Below are positions 17,533 through 21,483 of a DNA stretch of 21,483 nt, in pieces; position 1 is the first letter of the stretch; each line of letters opens with the position of its first letter. This DNA is from Thermodesulfobacteriota bacterium. GTDB taxonomy: Bacteria; Desulfobacterota_D; UBA1144. Below the pieces are notes generated by a model. That model did no database searches and had not been told where the DNA came from. It saw nothing but the letters and a program-made list of their open reading frames with translations. A program made the position numbers and the translations under genes. The stretch spans positions 1-21,483 of the forward strand of contig JAQWMJ010000001.1 of NCBI GenBank assembly GCA_029246845.1, read 5' to 3'.

Positions 17533-19032
17533 ATGCGAGAAGTTTTTATAGAAAACGTTTCTATGACCAAATTTGGTAGGTTTGATTCAAGTTTAAGGGA
17601 TTTAACTACCAGTGCTGGTGCAAAGTGTCTCGAGAAAACAAATATGAAAATAGATTGCTTACTAATTGGATCTATGAACCCCGAAGAATTTAGCAGTAAC
17701 TCTAATATTTCTTCTTTAGTCGCTGATTATCTTAATGTCCAAGGAATTCCATCAATGAGAATTGAGACAGCATCATCCTCGGGTGCTGCGATATTTAGCT
17801 TAGGTTGCAACTTAATTGCATCTGGAGTCTATAACAACGTACTACTAGTAGCTGCAGAAAAAATGTCTGGACTAGAGACACAAAAAGTTACAAAAATTCT
17901 AGCAAAAGTTATTGAAGAAGAAGAAAGGCAATCAGGAGCCAGTATGCCTTCTTTGGCCGCAATGGTTACTATGGCATATAAGCTTAAATATAAAATAAAT
18001 AAAGAATTACTAAATGAGTTATTAAAGACAATAGCTATCAAAAATCATTACAATGGTTCGTTAAATCCATTAGCTCATTTTCAAAAAGAAATTTCTGAAG
18101 ATGATTACAATAATAGTAAAGTAATTTCAAATCCCCTAAAAATGTTTGACTGCTCTCCTATTTCTGATGGTGCAGCAGCTTTAATCTTAACATCTGAAAA
18201 GACCGATATTAAAGTAAGTGGAACTGGACAAGCAACAGATACAGTAAGCTTAAAGAATAGAGTATTTCTGAGTCATTTTGCAGCAACCAAGCTAGCAGCT
18301 AAAAAAGCTTATACGTCTTCATCACTAACACCAAAAGATATTGATTTCGCTGAGGTTCATGATGCTTTTACTAGCTTTGAAGCTATAAATACAGAGGACT
18401 TAGGATTTTTTGATGAGGGTGAATCTTGTCTTCATATATTAAAAGACGAAACAAAGCTTAATGGGAGACTTCCTATTAATCCATCTGGAGGTCTTAAATC
18501 AAGAGGGCACCCAGTTGGTGCTACAGGTTTAGCCCAAATTGTAGACTGTATATATCAAATGAGAAACGAGGTCTCCGGCAATAGACAAGTAGATAAAAAC
18601 AATATTGCCTTATGCCATTCTATAGGGGGAATGGGAAACAACATATTCGTCAATATACTTGAAAAAGTACCTTCCATAAAGAAGAGGTCTCTTTGCTTGA
18701 CCGAAGTTATTCATGAAATAATTCCTAAAATTCCTGATAGTAGTGAACTGATAAATGAGGACGAGGAACTAGAAGGAAAGCTTGCAAGCTATACAACCCT
18801 TTATGTAACCCCAGAGGGGTTTGACTCTCCTTTAACACTCGGAATAATTGACACAGTAAAACATAAAAGAGTTTTTGCCAGGGCTTTATTTGAAGGAGAC
18901 TTTGAGATAGGAAGAAGAATAACAATATTTAAAGAGAACAATATAGTTTATTTTAGAAAAACTTCTTATGTTGATCAAATTAAATTTTTTGCGAGAAGAA
19001 ATGTTAAGAACATTTTAGATTTGTTTGAATAA
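17533..19032 (+). CDS. SCP2/archaeal-type thiolase-family protein fused to a C-terminal DUF35-like OB-fold; catalytic cysteines absent
   Basis: MTKFG, RIETASSSG, AEKM, KNHYNGSLNPLAHFQ, DCSPISDGAAA, EVHDAF and NPSGGLKSRGHPVGATG. From residue ~414, GKLASYTTLYVTPEGFDSPLTLGII...RVFAR...FEIGRRI resembles the DUF35 OB domain. Confidence 0.88.
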   Translation: MREVFIENVSMTKFGRFDSSLRDLTTSAGAKCLEKTNMKIDCLLIGSMNPEEFSSNSNISSLVADYLNVQGIPSMRIETASSSGAAIFSLGCNLIASGVYNNVLLVAAEKMSGLETQKVTKILAKVIEEEERQSGASMPSLAAMVTMAYKLKYKINKELLNELLKTIAIKNHYNGSLNPLAHFQKEISEDDYNNSKVISNPLKMFDCSPISDGAAALILTSEKTDIKVSGTGQATDTVSLKNRVFLSHFAATKLAAKKAYTSSSLTPKDIDFAEVHDAFTSFEAINTEDLGFFDEGESCLHILKDETKLNGRLPINPSGGLKSRGHPVGATGLAQIVDCIYQMRNEVSGNRQVDKNNIALCHSIGGMGNNIFVNILEKVPSIKKRSLCLTEVIHEIIPKIPDSSELINEDEELEGKLASYTTLYVTPEGFDSPLTLGIIDTVKHKRVFARALFEGDFEIGRRITIFKENNIVYFRKTSYVDQIKFFARRNVKNILDLFE

Positions 19033-19033
19033 G

Positions 19034-19960
19034 ATGAAAATTATTTTTATGGGTACTCCAGATTTTGCGCTTCAGAGCTTAGCTGCTTTAAATGTAAACT
19101 TTAATGTAGCACTTGTTGTTACTCAGCCCGATAAGCCAATCGGAAGGAAAAAAGAAATTATATTTTCTCCTGTAAAGACATTCTGTATCGAAAATAGTCT
19201 TGACTGTATTCAACCTGATAAGATAAGAGACAATCAAGAACTATTACAAGTAGTTACACAGATCAATCCTGACATTATATGTGTTGCTGCTTATGGAAAA
19301 ATTCTTTCACAGGAATTCCTTGACATACCTAAAATATGTTGCGTAAATATTCACGCATCGTTGTTGCCTAAGTATCGTGGTGCTGCCCCGATAAACAGAG
19401 CAATAATTAATGGTGACGTTGAAACTGGAATATCATTGATGAAGATGGATTCGGGTATGGATACCGGGGATATAATATCCAGCTTCAAATTACAGATTAA
19501 TGATATTGATACAACGTCTACATTAACAGCCAAGCTTGCAGATTTAGGAGCAAATGAAATAGTAAAATTAATCAAAAGTATCCAATCTGGTTCAAAACTT
19601 TTATCACATAAACAAGATAATAATAAAGCTACTATCGCTCCAAAAATGTCCAAAGATGATGGTTTAATCGATTGGGGGAAAAGTTTTAAGGAAATAGACA
19701 GTCTAATAAGAGGGTGTGACCCATGGCCAATTGCATTTACACATTTCAATAGTCAGATGGTCAAGATTTACAAAATAAAAGAGCATGACTCGGATAGAAT
19801 TAATCAAGGTGAGATAAAGAGGATCGATAAATCAATGGTAGTAGGGTGCAAAGATAAGAATATAGAAATAATTAAAATCCAAAAAAGCGGGCAAAGACAA
19901 CTCACAGGTCAAGATTTTATTAATGGAATTCCTAAGAAAGAAAATCCGCGTTTTACTTAA
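19034..19960 (+). CDS. fmt: Methionyl-tRNA formyltransferase; start placed at ATG 19034
   Basis: Motifs IIFMGTPDFA, VVTQPDKPIGR, VAAYGKIL, NIHASLLPKYRGAAPI, GMDTGD and PWP. Confidence 0.98.
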   Translation: MKIIFMGTPDFALQSLAALNVNFNVALVVTQPDKPIGRKKEIIFSPVKTFCIENSLDCIQPDKIRDNQELLQVVTQINPDIICVAAYGKILSQEFLDIPKICCVNIHASLLPKYRGAAPINRAIINGDVETGISLMKMDSGMDTGDIISSFKLQINDIDTTSTLTAKLADLGANEIVKLIKSIQSGSKLLSHKQDNNKATIAPKMSKDDGLIDWGKSFKEIDSLIRGCDPWPIAFTHFNSQMVKIYKIKEHDSDRINQGEIKRIDKSMVVGCKDKNIEIIKIQKSGQRQLTGQDFINGIPKKENPRFT

Positions 19961-20324
19961 GTGGTATTTCAACTGAAAAAAAGGAAACTTTAACTTTCTC
20001 TATTAATTTATTTTCCCAACACATATCTCTAACAATTTTCAATTTTACTTTGGGTACGAAGATGATAAGACTAATACCTAGATTCTGAATCAACTTCCAT
20101 CTTTCAATTGATTCGCTATTAATAGTTGAATCTACTTCAACTTCACCTAACATAACAGTTTGTCCATAATTACCAAAAATAACATCTGGAAATAGTCCAT
20201 CAATTTGACTATCTTCTATACCAAATTTGTTTATTTTAATTTCATTAAATTCTTTAGAATATTGCGCCTTAATTTCTTCCAGAACCCAATCGTGAAGAAA
20301 CAGATCTCTTTTATTTTCTTCCAT
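19953..20324 (-). CDS. Hypothetical 123-aa protein, probable restriction endonuclease-like PD-(D/E)xK fold
   Basis: N-terminal helix with His11, then F-P46-D47 and hydrophobic strand-G-E61-V-E63. Start overlaps the nadK stop and has a GGAG upstream. Confidence 0.6.
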   Translation of the reverse strand: MEENKRDLFLHDWVLEEIKAQYSKEFNEIKINKFGIEDSQIDGLFPDVIFGNYGQTVMLGEVEVDSTINSESIERWKLIQNLGISLIIFVPKVKLKIVRDMCWENKLIEKVKVSFFSVEIPLK

Positions 20325-21177
20325 AGTTATTGCTCCACATCAACTTATCCTTTAAGACATTAAAATATTCTGTTTTTCTTGATCTTAAAAGTTTCAACTT
20401 TAGTGTGGACTTCGAAATTTCTAATTCAAAACCTGCTTCCATTTCCATACTATAATTTCCATCAAAAGTAGTAAAAACAGGCGAATTCAAAGAGTCTATT
20501 CGAACATTAATTACAGATTTATTAGATATAACCAGCGGCCTATTTGATAAAGTATGAGGACAAATTGGGGTTACAATTACCAATGGTAGGGAAGGTGTGA
20601 CAATGGGACCTCCGGCTGACATAGAGTATGCCGTTGAACCTGTAGGTGAAGAAAAAATAATTCCATCCGCACGTATATTAGAGACTAGAGATTTATCAAT
20701 AAATAGGTCTAAATTAATAATTTTTGCTAATGCTCCTTTGTTTATTACCACATCATTCAAAAATCTAGTTTTAAAAAGTAACTTGTTAGATTTTATTATT
20801 TTTGCCTGTAGAAGTTCTCTAACATCTAAGACAAGATTATCTTCAAAAAATTCGTCTAATAAATTTTCTAATTTACTTATTGGCGCCTCAGTAAGAAAGC
20901 CGAGATTTCCTAAATTTATACCTATCACAGGTTTTTTATTTTTTGCCGCATCTTCTGCTATATGCAGCAAGGTTCCATCCCCACCTAAAACAATCAGCAC
21001 ATCTGATTTTTTAATTAACTCATTCTTTGAAGCATAATCAAAGGAAGAATCATTCTTTTCTTTTAATGATTCTTCAATTAAAATTTTAGAGTTTCTATTA
21101 CGAAGGAATCTTTCTAAGGTTTTTTGAACCTTTTGAAAATTCTTAAGACTAGGCTTTGCAAGGACACCAAAAATCAT
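20311..21177 (-). CDS. nadK: NAD(+) kinase
   Basis: Motifs LGGDGTLL, GINLGNLGFL, LNDVV, ADG, PTGSTAYSMSAGGPI and PICPHTL. Confidence 0.98.
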   Translation of the reverse strand: MIFGVLAKPSLKNFQKVQKTLERFLRNRNSKILIEESLKEKNDSSFDYASKNELIKKSDVLIVLGGDGTLLHIAEDAAKNKKPVIGINLGNLGFLTEAPISKLENLLDEFFEDNLVLDVRELLQAKIIKSNKLLFKTRFLNDVVINKGALAKIINLDLFIDKSLVSNIRADGIIFSSPTGSTAYSMSAGGPIVTPSLPLVIVTPICPHTLSNRPLVISNKSVINVRIDSLNSPVFTTFDGNYSMEMEAGFELEISKSTLKLKLLRSRKTEYFNVLKDKLMWSNNYGRK

Positions 21178-21184
21178 ACTATAT

Positions 21185-21190
21185 ATTATA
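21185..21190 (-). promoter_or_regulatory. Putative -10 box of nadK
   Basis: Perfect TATAAT, 7 nt before ATG 21177. Confidence 0.55.
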
Positions 21191-21218
21191 AATCAGATTA
21201 ATAATTTTGTATCCTTAA

Positions 21219-21483
21219 CTATTTTTCAGATGAGAGAAGTTTCTCTATTAAATCTTGAAAGCTACCATCTAAGAAAGAGTCCACATCTCCTATTTCTGTA
21301 TCAGTTCTATGATCTTTAACCATCCTATAAGGGTGAAGAATGTAGGACCGTACTTGGCTTCCCCATCCTATTTCTTTTTTTTGAGAATTTACCTTTTCCT
21401 CTTTGGTTTTTATCTTCTCTAATTCTAAGTCATAAAGCTTTGATGAAAGAATCTTCATAGCTGCATTTTTATTCTGATGCTGT
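21219..21483 (-). CDS. prfB: Peptide chain release factor 2, C-terminal part (start lies outside the window)
   Basis: The frame stays open to the edge: QHQNKNAAMKILSSKLY...IGWGSQVRSYILHPYRMVKDHRT, the RF2-specific C-terminus. Confidence 0.95.
   Translation of the reverse strand, partial: QHQNKNAAMKILSSKLYDLELEKIKTKEEKVNSQKKEIGWGSQVRSYILHPYRMVKDHRTDTEIGDVDSFLDGSFQDLIEKLLSSEK

Noticed and set aside
3166..21037. Other short track ORFs (3166-3408, 6267-6470, 9099-9284, 10016-10288, 10694-10891, 15568-15864, 15889-16086, 17224-17487, 17829-18041, 18725-18925, 19351-19749, 20597-21037)
   Set aside because: All lie essentially within well-supported genes on the opposite strand and have the composition typical of antisense frames.
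21219..21483. prfB programmed +1 frameshift site
   Set aside because: That site is near the 5' end of the gene, outside this window.
1..21483. tRNA, rRNA, CRISPR, IS or prophage elements
   Set aside because: No intergenic gap exceeds ~160 bp. I saw no cloverleaf, spaced direct repeats, terminal inverted repeats, transposase or integrase.

Overview
AT-rich (roughly 30% GC by eye), very gene-dense bacterial chromosome segment made almost entirely of housekeeping and cofactor genes. In order: gltB (N-terminal ~1000 codons, truncated by the window edge), a frameshifted thiD, folD, hspQ, folK, a pterin-4a-carbinolamine dehydratase, a small membrane protein, secA, smc, a PpiD/SurA-like chaperone, thiO-thiS-thiG, a DegP/DegQ protease, a thiolase-family protein fused to a DUF35-like OB-fold, fmt, a small PD-(D/E)xK-like protein, NAD kinase and the 3' end of prfB. 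Tiny intergenic spaces and overlapping convergent ends indicate a streamlined genome. A marine lineage such as Dadabacteria is plausible, but that is an unverified guess. I see no RNA genes, mobile elements, CRISPR arrays or long repeats. Most notable: (1) the thiolase-OB fusion has Ser at the nucleophile position and no Cys at the usual acid/base sites; (2) TAnnnT -10 boxes sit 6-9 nt before the start codon of almost every operon-leading gene, suggesting pervasive leaderless mRNA; (3) SecA lacks the zinc-binding tail, ends in a polybasic tail and is coupled to a small membrane protein; (4) an orphan nuclease-fold protein is coupled to nadK; (5) thiD is broken inside its KGGH motif.
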